A DNA stretch of 64,000 nucleotides from the human T2T-CHM13v2.0 reference genome, Homo sapiens: the NCBI RefSeq assembly GCF_009914755.1, contig NC_060932.1; one strand, written 5' to 3'. Numbering within the stretch: position 1 is the first letter of the stretch; each line of letters opens with the position of its first letter. The translations under genes and the position numbers were made by a program. The notes under the pieces were generated by a model. That model was not told the origin of the DNA. It searched no databases and saw nothing but the letters and a program-made list of their open reading frames with translations. Of the stretch, positions 1 through 21,961 are shown piece after piece.

Positions 1-1313
1 AAGCCAATGATTTACACTATATAATAAAAGCAGACATTACTTCTCTGTTACATCAATTAAGACATTTTTAAAATAAGAGTTCAAATATACTGGACATAGT
101 AAGAAATAAAGGGAAGAAATTTAATATTTTCTAGTTATAGGCATGTAACTATAAAAATGATTTGACATGACTTAATATGTGATTAAAATCCTATTAAAAG
201 CCTAAAAAATCTACAAGTTATTACAATTCTATACTTTTGGTGTGAAATCACTGCCCTATGCCTTTGGAATATGTTTTCAAAACATTACTGGCTAAGAAAC
301 GTAAGAACCACTTTATATACAGTGAATACCATATACTTAAGAGTTAGCACCCCAGCCTGGGCAGCAGAGCGAGATCCTGTCTCTACCAAAGAAAATTTAA
401 AATAAGCTAACTCAAGTCCCCATTTTCTTGAAATCCACAGTGCTCCTTCCCCTTTGAACCCCGAATGTATTTCCTATGTATATCATTATTTCAGCACTCT
501 CTCGAGTTGTTTTTATGTTAGTATTTATATGATGCATTTGTTGAAAAAATTATTTATTGGATACCTGCAACAGACACTCTCCTGGGCACTGGTGATACAA
601 TGTAAACAAGGCTCTCACCCTTTTGGATCTTATGTTCAGAAACTCTGGTGGAGATAAGAGAGCCTGTACTGGTGAGGGCACACAGTGCTAGCTTCTTAGA
701 GGGACAAACCTCAATGTCTCAGTGACTTGACACAAAACTTCCTTTCTTGCTCAAGCAGGGTCCAGTGGAGATTTGCAGCAGGAAGACTTTGACAAACTCA
801 TTTAGGTACCCAAGCTCTTTTCACTGGTGGCCCCAACATCCTACAGAGGCTCAGAGAAAGGGCTAGATCCCCTGCACCAAGGTGGCAGACACACAAAGAG
901 TGAGAGACTCTTCTACAGGAGGTTTACTGGGGCCAGGCCTGGAAGTAGTAAATATATCACTTCCACCCATATTCCATGAGTCAAAACTCAGGCCCACAGC
1001 CACCCCTAACTCCACGAGGGGTTGGGAAACATAGTCTAGCGACAGCCCCAAGAGGCAAAAGAAAAGGATTTTGATAGACAGTGTTCTCTGCCACAGGAAC
1101 AAAGAAAATTCTAGAGTGTTTAAGAAATAAGCAGTGGATACAACAGAGCAGAGCTAGATGTAGGGCACAATAAGTGAGGCGCCTAGCATGTAAAATGCAA
1201 GGAGGCACTGGTTCTCAGGCTGGCAAGCATACGCCTTCCATTTTGTGCCCTAAGGCCCCCTCTTGCCGCACCCTAGTCCTGGTCCTCATAGTTTACTACA
1301 GAAAACGGAAAAG

Positions 1314-1623
1314 GGCTGGGCAGGGTGGCTCGTGCCTCTAATCCCAGCACTTTGGAAGGCTGGGGTGGGCAGATCGCTTGAGCTCAGGAGTTCAAGACAA
1401 GCCTGGGCAACAAAGCAAAACCCTGTCTCTAACAAAACAAAACAAAACAACGATTAGCCGGGTGTGGTGGTGCGTGCCTGTAGTCCCAGCTACTCAGGGG
1501 GCTGAGGTGGGAGGATCGCTTGAGCCCAGGAGGTCGAGGCTACAGTGAGCTGAGATCGCACCACTGCACTCCAGCCTGGGTGACAGAGCAAGACCTTGTA
1601 TCAAAAGAAAAAGAAAAGAAAAC
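1314..1623 (+). mobile_element. Alu (AluJ-like)
   Basis: Dimeric Alu with A-rich linker and tail. Confidence 0.9.
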
Positions 1624-2730
1624 AGAAAATAAAAATGTGCTGCTTTAGATACAGTTACTGTGAAAGGATCAAGCTAGTTGTGAAAAACACGAGTAAAGAG
1701 CTTTCTAGACAGAGTGAACAGCAAATGCAAAGGTAATGAGACAGGAGGAAGTCAAGAGTGTATGAGAGACAGAAAGAAGCCCAATAGGACTGAGATAATG
1801 AAAGGAGAGTTGGAGGAGGCAGAGGCAGACAGGTCACAGAGAGGCTTCCAGGCTAGGCGAGGAGTTTGTTTTATTTGAGGTGTAATAGAAATCCACTGAA
1901 GCATTTAAATGGGGGGGAGAATTGCTGATTTTCATTTTATAAGCAATTCTTGGCTGTCCTAAGGAGAATGGATCACAGAAAGATCAGTGGGAAGGCCATG
2001 GACAGGTTCGGAAGATGGTGACATCCTGGCCTACAAAATGGCAGCCGACTTAGAAGAAAAGGAGTTCAAAACATACTGAAAAGAGGGTGTAAAAATAATG
2101 GGTGTTGAGGAGAAAACAAGGACTATTTAAGCAACTAAGTAGATATTAATGTTATTTGGAGCCAGGAAATGTGGGAAAGAATGCTTTGTTTCCCTATTTA
2201 AATACTAAATTTCTTGGGGATAAGGGAGATGTTTATTTTTATCCACAACAGGAACAGGCCAACAAGACGTTAAAAAAAAAATTATCAATGGCTCAAGGCA
2301 ATATGCCCAACATCTCCCACCTACAGAATTATAATTAGTACAATATCCTGGAGAACAACTGGCAGTGAGATTGACAGCTTCACATTTCCATCTCGTGGTT
2401 AAGAGCATGGCTGGGTCAGAATGCCTAGATAGAATTCTAGTTCCATCACTTATTAGCTCTGAACTTAGACAAACCATTCACCCTCTGGTCCCTCAGATTC
2501 ATCTTTAAGATGGAGAGAAAAATAGGTCTACCTCACAAGGTCATTTGAGGATTAAATAATATGTAACCTTAAAAACTATGCTTGCCTGCAGAGATTATGT
2601 ATTATAGGGGAATTGGTTTTTTCTTGACTACAGTCTCACCACTGAAACATGAAATTTGTATTATTGGACATTTATAATCAAATGAGATCCTGCAGCAGAG
2701 AAGTTACCTTAGGCTATGCCCGGAGTCTTA

Positions 2731-3143
<413 letters not shown>

Positions 3144-3248
3144 AAACCAACACTATGCCTGGCACATAGTAAATGCTCAATAAGTGATTATAGTGTATTA
3201 ACTGGTATTTCTAGTTCCATAAATGATTCCTAAGATAAAAAAGATGTG

Positions 3249-3554
<306 letters not shown>

Positions 3555-4244
3555 GATGTATAAAATATAAGGTTATTGATAGCATATTAATAATCTTGAA
3601 AACTTTTTAATACTGAAATGGTTAACTGCCCAACAATAAGGAAACTGATTTTAAAATTTGATGTTGAACAATTATGATGCAGACATTCTAAATGTCATCA
3701 AAATCAGTAAGAATATATACTTATGACACAGGCACTTTCAAAACTTTATATTTATGTAGAAGGGAAAAACATCTGGAAGGATAAAATGCAAAATGTTAAC
3801 AGCAGCCACTGAGTAGAAAGGTTATTGGTAGTTGTATTTTCTTCATAGTGTTGTTCTCTATTTTTCAAATTGCCAACAATGAATAGATTTTGGGCTTATA
3901 TTCATTTTTAAAGAACTACAGTAAGTGGCTATAAAAAAAATCAACTATTTATACAAGGACAGTGTAAAGTCTTTACTACCTGCTTCCAAGACAAACACCT
4001 AAATGTCTCAACTATGCAGGGGGTTATTACCAAAATAACATTCAAAATTCAAATTTTAAAAAGCAGGAGGCATATAAATGACATCAATGGCTGACCCCAA
4101 ATAGTGGATACAGATCATTTATTTTCTTACTTAAAAACACTAAACAGGTAGAAGAGAAAAAAAATCCCAAGAATCTTTTCATTTGTAAAAGCTATGTGTA
4201 TTCCTAGTTCTATTCCCTGACTTGCAATATAACCAGTTTCTTCA

Positions 4245-6495
<2,251 letters not shown>

Positions 6496-6512
6496 AAGAG
6501 TACTACAATACC

Positions 6513-11649
<5,137 letters not shown>

Positions 11650-11660
11650 AAGAGTACTAC

Positions 11661-11776
11661 AATACCTAGATGACGTGTTAATAGGTGCAGCAAACCACGT
11701 GGCACATGTATACCTATGTAACAAACCTGTACATTCTGCACATGTATCTCAGAAATTGAAAAAAAAAAAAAAAAAG
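11661..11776 (+). mobile_element. Very short 3'-end L1PA insertion (older subfamily)
   Basis: aatacctagatgac...gcagcaaaccac...acaaacctgtacattctgcacatgtatc + poly-A; flanked by AAGAGTACTAC (11650-11660, 11777-11787). Confidence 0.85.
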
Positions 11777-12204
11777 AAGAGTACTACGAAGGCACTTTAC
11801 TAGTAAGAAAAGCACACACCTCCAGTGTTGTCTTACTCCAGCAAGAGTTTTACGAGCCACGTATTAAATATTGTATATTCATAATACTTATGGCCAAAAT
11901 GTATAATGAGCCCTTTAATCCTCTCAATAGGCATTCGTGTGAATTAAATTTTTGACTTCACTGGATAGTAAAACTGTTAAATGTACATATTATGGGTATC
12001 TTTCAACAGGTCATACAAAAACTATGCCAATAGTAATGATTCAAAGCAATGAGCTAAGTTTTTAAATGAATAAAGGAAAGGTTTCTGTAATTAGAAAGAG
12101 CCAGCTGCACCTAATAAGCAGAAGGAATAAAAAAAAAAAAAAAAACTTTACTGTCCCCTGCCCACAGAAGACATGTAATCTCTAGGCCCCTTCTTTATAT
12201 GTTA

Positions 12205-12544
<340 letters not shown>

Positions 12545-13189
12545 AGAGTGCACAGAAACAGACAAGCCTGATGGGTTACAAGGGCCAAATCTAAGTGGCT
12601 AGCTGCCATTCAAGACAAGCTTTGAGAAAACTTAATCCTTCTCAGGTGACATTACTTGTATTCTACAACATCCAGTTGATCTCCTCAAATATTTTCCTTC
12701 CTCTCCTCTCTAAGCCTTCCAGAGAGTGTTTAAAGTAGCAGAAAGTACTGTTTTTCCATCCAATGAGCCTCAGATTACACCATACTGAAGCTACTGTATG
12801 TTCAACTCAGTAGCTTCTCTGAAAGCTATTAACAGAAAACATTATCAGAAGATGTCTAATTGAATTCAGGTTTCCAGAAGGTTTGCATTTCATTCCTGTT
12901 AGCAAAAACCAACAAGTCTTTTTTTTTAATGTCATTTTACTACTGCTGTTGCAGTAAGCAGAAACTGTTGGAAGACTTCTCCTCCATCTGACAAGGAATG
13001 GCTTGACACAAATCAAAGCACTTTATTCACTTACATGAAGCTCACCCACTGTCCCAGCTAAACACGTATCAACTCTCTTTTCTAAGAACCTGCAATTAAA
13101 ATGGAAGAAAATAAGCTTATCATCTGCTTTACCTGGAAGAATTGTGTTTCATAGTACAAAAATATCTATAGCTGAAAAAGGAACAGTTT

Positions 13190-14050
13190 TTAATAGAAAA
13201 TTTTCAGCTAATAAATGTGGTAAGAATTAGAAAAAAAAATCACTATTTTGCAACCCCTAATGAAACTGTTAATTCAGACAAATATTAAAATGGAGGGTGA
13301 TTGGGCTGGTACCACATGAACCCACTGGTTAATCTCAGCATGACTAAGAATGGCACAACGAGACATTGTGTGCCTCCTGGTGTGATGTAATATGAAGCAC
13401 TCAGTATCACCTACACAGTGTTCCAGCCAAAAAAGTTGAACCTGAATCTAATCCAACCTTCAAGGAGAACTTCTAGTTCACAGAAATTGTGGAAGATTGA
13501 GGAACAAGTTAAACAACCCCAAGAGGAGAACACATGGAAAGATGTGAGATATTCTGCAGAAAATTGACTTTTCTTTTTCAATAAGTCAATGGCATTGAAA
13601 ACTGAGTGGGAAGGAAGTACTACCCTAGAATCAAAGAAACTTTAGGTACATACCCACCAAGTGCAATGAGTGGGTGTTATTTCAATGCTGATTCAAGCAT
13701 AGCCACTGTATAAAGACATTTTTGAGGCAATTGGGGAAATCCATTACATACCGATTATTAAGAGGTGCTATCAAGAAATAACGAATTTTGTCAGGTAGAT
13801 TAATGACATTGAATTTTGGAAAGAAAATCTCTATTTGTAAGAAATACACTCAGAAATATGTAGGGTGAAATGATGTAATATCTGCGATTTTCTTTACAAC
13901 ATTTCAGCCAATACAAAGTAAAACAGAAAATAAAGAATAAATAAAGTCAGTGTGGCAAAATGTCAATATTTGTTCAGTCTGGGTGAGGCATATGTAGGGA
14001 TTCATCACATTACTTTTTTATGTTTCAAAAATTTCACAATAGCTTTAAAA
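13190..14050 (+). mobile_element. Ancient L1M 3'-end fragment
   Basis: Degenerate resemblance to L1MC/ME 3'UTR motifs; boundaries approximate. Confidence 0.45.
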
Positions 14051-14272
14051 GAATGTTCTTACTAGCCCTTTATATGCAACACACAAGCATGAATAGATCA
14101 AGCCCCTTGGCAGTGCCAGCATTTGACACTATTCAAAATCAGAGAAGACTAGTTTAAGACACTCTACCACCAGAAGCCATGTATAGTAGGCAATATTGAG
14201 ATTTCACTAATGCTCCATAAAGAGCACTAGCAGCTCTTAGAGGACAGCTAACTTCTTCAATAAAAACAGCTA

Positions 14273-14558
<286 letters not shown>

Positions 14559-15003
14559 CTAAACTGAATGTTCAGCTTCAGCTGATAGAGATGAACAGCA
14601 AGAAGCCAAGTTGATGTACAGATTTGTTTGAAAAAGTAATAAAGATGTTGTAATAAGTAATAAAGAGGTGACTCTGAGTTTGTGTAGTTTCACACAACTT
14701 TAGAGGCAGAAAGGAACTTGAGGTTACATACTCCAAACACCGTACACTTATAAACCATGTCTAAAGCATTCCCACCCTCAGGGCCATGGTATGCACAAGT
14801 CCAGGGGGTGCCATTAATATTCTTGCTTTATGTCCAATATACACTCTGTAGCTATATGCAGTGATCCTACCTCTACTAAGTATTCCACTTCTATAACCAC
14901 TACTTGTTATACTAATAATATTATGGTATAATTAACAATATTCCACAGGGTTGTTATGAAAATAAGGATTTAAAAGACTACCGGGTATGATGCAAAGGGT
15001 ATT

Positions 15004-15432
15004 TGTTATGGGTTGCATTGTGTACTCAAAGAAGATATGTTGAAGTCCTAATTCTCAGTGCCTGTGAATGTGGCCTTATTTGCAAATAGGGTTTTTGCAG
15101 ATGTAATCAAGTTAACATTAGGTTATTAAGGTGAGCCCTAATCTAATAGAACTGGTTTTCTGACAAAAGAAATAAACCCAGAGGTAAGACAGCCATGTGA
15201 ACATAGAAGCAGAGATTGGAATTCTACTGTTACAAGTCAAGGAACACCTGAGGCTACCAGAGGCTGGAAGAAACAAGGAAGTCTCCTCCCCTAGAGTCTC
15301 AGAGAGAGCATGAACCTCCTTGCATCTTGATTTTGGACTTTTAGCCTCCAGATGGTGAGAAAAGATATTTCTGCTGTTTCACACCATCCAGTTTGTAGTA
15401 CTTTGTCACAGCAGTCCTAGGAAATTAATACT
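15004..15432 (+). mobile_element. MaLR solo LTR (MLT1-type)
   Basis: tgttatgggttg... start, ccttatttgcaaataggg, end ttgtagtactttgtcacagcagtcctaggaaattaatac. Confidence 0.75.
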
Positions 15433-15666
15433 GTATAATAATGTGTGCTGCCAATGCATTTCTTAAAGTAATGACTCTAGAAAAGAATATAAGATAGGCT
15501 AAGAGCCTTCATCTGGTTTATTCTTGAATCTAGGTAAATATTTCTCTTAATGCAACCAATTCTTTTTGCAATTACATTACATTATAACCTCAGAGTAAGT
15601 CAAAAATCAATGAGAAAACCTTGTGTCCGACATCCTATTCTTCCATTGTTGGTGCATGTATGTGTG

Positions 15667-15976
<310 letters not shown>

Positions 15977-16745
15977 AGTTCTTTCATTTTAAAGAGTAAA
16001 CTCTACATGTTTCTGATTAAGATTTCATTTGTAAATTCATCCTGTCATTCCTAGCCATTGAGATCTTTTTGTAACCAGTCATCCCACATCCTAAATGTCC
16101 TGTTCAACTTCATATTATGCAAAAGTGTGGTTAGCCTACCACCTGTCTTCAATGAAATCATTAAGAAAATATTGTTTCAGACAAGGCTGAAGACAGGTTC
16201 CTTCTGTATACCCAGGATTCCCACAGAGTAGACATCAATCCATTACTCACCACTCTCTACCAAATGTAACTCACGAAAGTAACTTAAGATGATATACTTG
16301 CATTTCTCTACCTTGTCTGAACGGGTTTTTAAGCCTATTATGCCTTCATAGGTGTGCCAGATAGTATTAATAAAATTTTGTCTAATACTTGTCTTCCAGT
16401 CTAGCAACCCATTAAAGAAAGCAAAATATCTGTATGGTATAACCCATGCTGATTATAGTCATATTGAAATCTCAAAGTTTCTTATAATGAAACATCCTAC
16501 AAATTAGCATCATGGTCATGTAAGAATTGAGGTATACACCTTCTTTTAGAAATTCATATTGAATGTCAATATCTAGCATATTACTGAAGTTTACAACAAT
16601 GATGCAGAAGCATATGGTGCGGAATCTCAAGAAGCAATTTTAGCTGAGAGTCGTGGCACATGCCTGTCATCTCAGCTACTCAGGAAGCTAAGGTGGGAGG
16701 ATCGCTTGAGCCCAGCCTGGGCAACACAGCAAGACCCCATCTCTT

Positions 16746-17019
<274 letters not shown>

Positions 17020-18770
17020 AAGACCCCATCTCTTAAAGTAGTTTTGTTTAGTGTCCTCTCTTCAGGAAGGCAAGAGTCTTGTATTTTGAGTTCAAGCAGC
17101 TGTCAACAAGACTTTATATTTAACTACCTATTAGATACCACATGCATTACAGATGGCTGTGGGGTGGCTCTTACAGTGTGAAAGGTCCTTAGAGTTCACT
17201 CTTGAGAGTGTTGTCAAGTCACCAGCTTTAAAACACTCTCACGAGATGCTCTCTGCTGTTGGAAAGAGGCAGCTTCCAAAGTCAAAATTCCAAAGAAGGG
17301 TCTCTTCCATTAGTGGATAATTTTCTAAATATAAACTTTAATCTTCCTCTTCATAAAATACTTTTTTCTTTAATTCCAAAAATAAATCACATTCGTTTTT
17401 CACATGATCGACCTCAAGTTTGAGGAAATGGTCTTGTTCCTGCTCTTTCCTTTCCCTAGGTCCAGCCTGTCACATTTCTTAAACTTTTCTCTCTGAATTC
17501 AACAACAACAAAAAACGACTGCTTGATATGCAGAAGCTTGCCAAGCCTCCTGAACAGTTATTCATCTGAGTCACTTTCAAATAAAAATCATGTTGAGATC
17601 ACCCATAGTAGCTGCAAAGAACTAATTCCCCTCTGCATAGAGAACAATTAAATTACACTAAACTTATGATTTGGGGAATCAGTTTTCAAGGGGTAGTTTC
17701 CAAAGCTCTAGATCAATTTTCAGGGTAATATTATTTAAATGAGGGGAAAAAAGAACTTTCATAATTGACAGGATTCAGTCAAGAATCATATCAGCCACTG
17801 CTGATGTAACTTACTGACCACCAGGAGTGGTGCAAATGGCTTCTCTATCACCACAACAAACTAACCTCAACCCACTAATAGTGCTTCTGGGAACGACTGC
17901 TGTACATTTATCAGACACCAGTGGTTTTTCAAATTACGTAGTTTCTTGACCCTAACAAAGTTTCTCAATTGCACTATGCTGGGTGAAGGAGGGCGGCCAC
18001 AAGATATCTTTCATCAGTGGAAGGAATGCTATGGATAGGACAGCTCTGATTTTTCTGAAGTCCTTGGATAAGTAAAAAATATTAAGCTAGTTTCTTCATT
18101 CCAGTTACCCAACCTACAGCTATTCTCCCCCACTTCCTCATATCTCCTTAGAAGAGCCCAGAACTAACAAGCAAGAGTTTCTCAAAATTCCCTTAAACAC
18201 ACACACATCTGAAGAAAGTGAACCTCTAGAACGTCATCAAGAAGCAAGTATCAAAATAAACATAAGTTCTTGTAGACGTTCTTCCACCTACTAGAACTAC
18301 CCAGAAGACATGACAAGTCAAAGACCAGGATTCCCTTCTTTTAATGTCTGTTTAGGTATGGTAACATGGGAGCTGCAGGAACAACTCTTCCCAATACACT
18401 AGACCAGCAAGGTGTCTCATCCAGGGCAGAGTTTTTAAAGACCATCTATGACAGTAAAAGAGCAGGGAATGACAGATACCATAGTTACCCCCAAAGAGTT
18501 ATATTTTTGGGGGTGAGCAGATGATATGTCATTTGGTCATAGGATATTAATCTCCTATGATTCGGTTAAACTTCATGGGGATTGCAGAGGAGGTCTGCCA
18601 GCTGAATCAACAGGGTAAAGTAAGTCTTCAAAATCTTGGAGGAGAAAAAGAGTGAATAACTAAACATGAAGTTTAATGATGACACAGCGCAGATCATTCA
18701 ACATTAAAAGCCTGCTTTTGACTACCAGGAAGAGGCATGAGAACATAGCATGTGAGGTGAAAAACAATGA

Positions 18771-19104
<334 letters not shown>

Positions 19105-21664
19105 GATGCCAGAGAATTTTTCAGCCCCAAGTCATACTTTATTACACGAGGGGGAATAAGAACTTAAAAATACTTTGGCTGGGACAGAGCGAGACTCAGT
19201 CTCAAAAAAATAACAACAACAACTTTGGATTTTCAGAATATTAGACAATTTTTACAATTCTCAAAGGGCCAAAGTATGAGAGAAGCATCGAAATAAATAG
19301 GTCTCTCTATAAAGATTAAAGAATTCGAAAAACAATTAATTGGGAAGTATTAATTTGCAGTCATTTGGGCAACTCCAAATTTCACCAGTTGCTTACATTT
19401 TAGGGCATTCATCTTATGTAAAACATCTGAATTTAAAAAATAAAATAAAACCCACTGATGTTTTTCAAAGTGGCTGTAGAAGCTGGAATCTACCTGCATG
19501 TTAATTAAATCTGTAGCTTTCACATCTGTGTCTCACAGATACTAAAACAGTGAGGTTGGTTCAGTTTGCCTCTTGGTGAGGTCTTGTCAAAAGGAGATTA
19601 GCGATCAAAACAAGAAATGCTCAGTAAGACTGAAAGTTCTTTTTATTTGTTCCTTTGTTCTCTCTGTGATGACATCAAGATGACCACAGTGTCCATGGGG
19701 GGAGCAGAGCAGGTTTCGCCCCTGAACCAATAGGGCAAAGCAAAGGAAGCACAAATCCCACAAAATTTCAGAGAACAAAGCACAGGGAAAAGAATGCAAA
19801 GTGTGCCCTCTATTGGTCCATGTGTTTTCATTGCTGAGGTGATTAGTTGGCAATTGTATCCAGCAACAGGGGAGGGACTAAGGCCTTCATGTTACAAAAA
19901 TTCTAAAATGTGCTGACACAGAAACAAAGATCTAGCAGGAGCCCACTTGGCCAGAATTGAAGAGTGCTAAGCCCCAGTTCTGGCCATTCTGTGAACTGGC
20001 AGCATGATGCCTCAAGTCAGATCAATGCCAGCACCACATGTCACCAGCTGGAAAGCTACAACAGCTATTTCTAAAACTATATATTAACTGTTTTCTTAAT
20101 GAGATAAAAGTTAGATCACATGAGAAGTTTTAACAAAACCCCTATACTGTATATTTGTGTTGTACTTTTATAAACTCTTTAGTGGGATTGAGAGAATTTA
20201 ACAACTATTGTCTTTGAGTAAGGAATTACTTGCCAAGTAATTATTTACTGAAATAAATCTTGAGACAGTGCTTCCAGTGTGGCTTCATATTGTTAAATAT
20301 AAACATAGCAAATGGCTGAAAACTCACACAAGGAAAATAAACTTTTAGAAAACAATTATGTGTATCACTTTGAAGCAGTCATTTGGCATCATGCTAATTT
20401 GGAAGGTCCACCTCCTATTTTTTAAGCCAATGCTCCTTAACCTATTGAAGGAAAGAGATGAAACTTGGACCTCTTTGAGACTTTAGTGAAAGCTCTATAT
20501 CGTCCCTCTACACCACAAAAAGCAACAGAAAATGTTTTTGCTTCTAATTTCAGGAAGCTTACAAAAACCCTAGCCCTACCTCTGGACCCCAAGTTAAGAA
20601 ACCCTTCTGAAAACAAATGTGCTAAACTGGGTAACTTCTATTTTATAAGTGCTCTTAATATCTTTCAGCAAGAGATGAAAATTGAAAAAGTTTTAAGTAA
20701 ATTGTAAAAGGTTTTCTCCAAATGACTAGATGAGAAAAGCTACCTATAATCACTTTCTCTACATTTTAGAGTAAAAAATAAGAGATATTTAATACCTTTG
20801 CTCTGACCCTTATTATTCTAACATGTGTTAAACACAAAATACACATAGACACCCATACACACATACATGAACACATGTACAGGCAAGTACACACATGCAC
20901 ACACACATTTGTTCTGGCTATACTAGAAATGTTTCTATAATTCATATTCAAAAATAATTTTAAAAATTACCAATGCAAGTATGCAAATTTTTACTAAAAC
21001 ATACTTATGGTCCTGCCCCTCAATTACTCCACCCCTCAGCCTTCAGTTATTTAATATTCATTACTTTATTAGCATAATTATGAGTTGTAGGAAGTTCTGG
21101 GGATCAATAAGGGTCTGTGGTCTGAAGAATTTTGAATGGGGTCAAAGGGAATTTCTTTTCTTTGAATTAATGTTTATGTTGAAACATACCGTGTACAGGA
21201 AAACCTAGTGAATTCAGGAAAGTTGGATCCTAGCTCTGTTCTCTTCCTCTTAACTGTTAGTTTTAAAACCACACGTTTCTATAAGCAGCTCACCTTCTGT
21301 ATACGTCAAACAGGTCCCACTTCATTCAAAGGACAGTGAAATGTCAGTGTTCTCCTGGAAGGCACTACACAGAACTGTGTGGTCTCTTCATACTTACAGA
21401 ACTTGTTCTAAAATACACACACATCTGTATCTCTCATGGGTATGTCCACATAGCTACATTTATTATACTAAAATCATAAATATAATAACTAGGATTAAAT
21501 TTTTTCCTGTACTTATATTATTAATATGAGTATATAGAAGGCAAATACCACTTTCTTTTATTTTATCCTAAATTATTATTCATTCATATGGTCAAAGTGT
21601 TTGGGGATAAAAATCCTTTATTGCCCTTTTCTATAAAATAAGTATTTTTTAAAATATGGGTTAC

Positions 21665-21961
21665 CAGCCGGGCACGGTGGCTCACGCCTGTAATCCCAGC
21701 ATTTTGGGAGGCCAAGGCGGGAGGATCACCTGAGGTCAGGAGTTCAAGACCAGCCTGGCCAACATGGCAAAACCCCATCTCTACTAAAAATACAAAAATT
21801 AGCTGGGCATGGTATTGGGCATCTATAATCCCAGCTACTTGGGAAGCTGAGGCAGAAGAATCACTTGGACCCAGGAGGTGGAGGTTCAGTGAGTCAAGAT
21901 CGCACCATTGCACTCCAGGCTGGGCAACAAGAGCGAAATTCCATCTCAAAAAAAAAAAAAA
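21665..21961 (+). mobile_element. Alu (AluS-like)
   Basis: Full dimer, poly-A, TSD gggttacc. Confidence 0.92.
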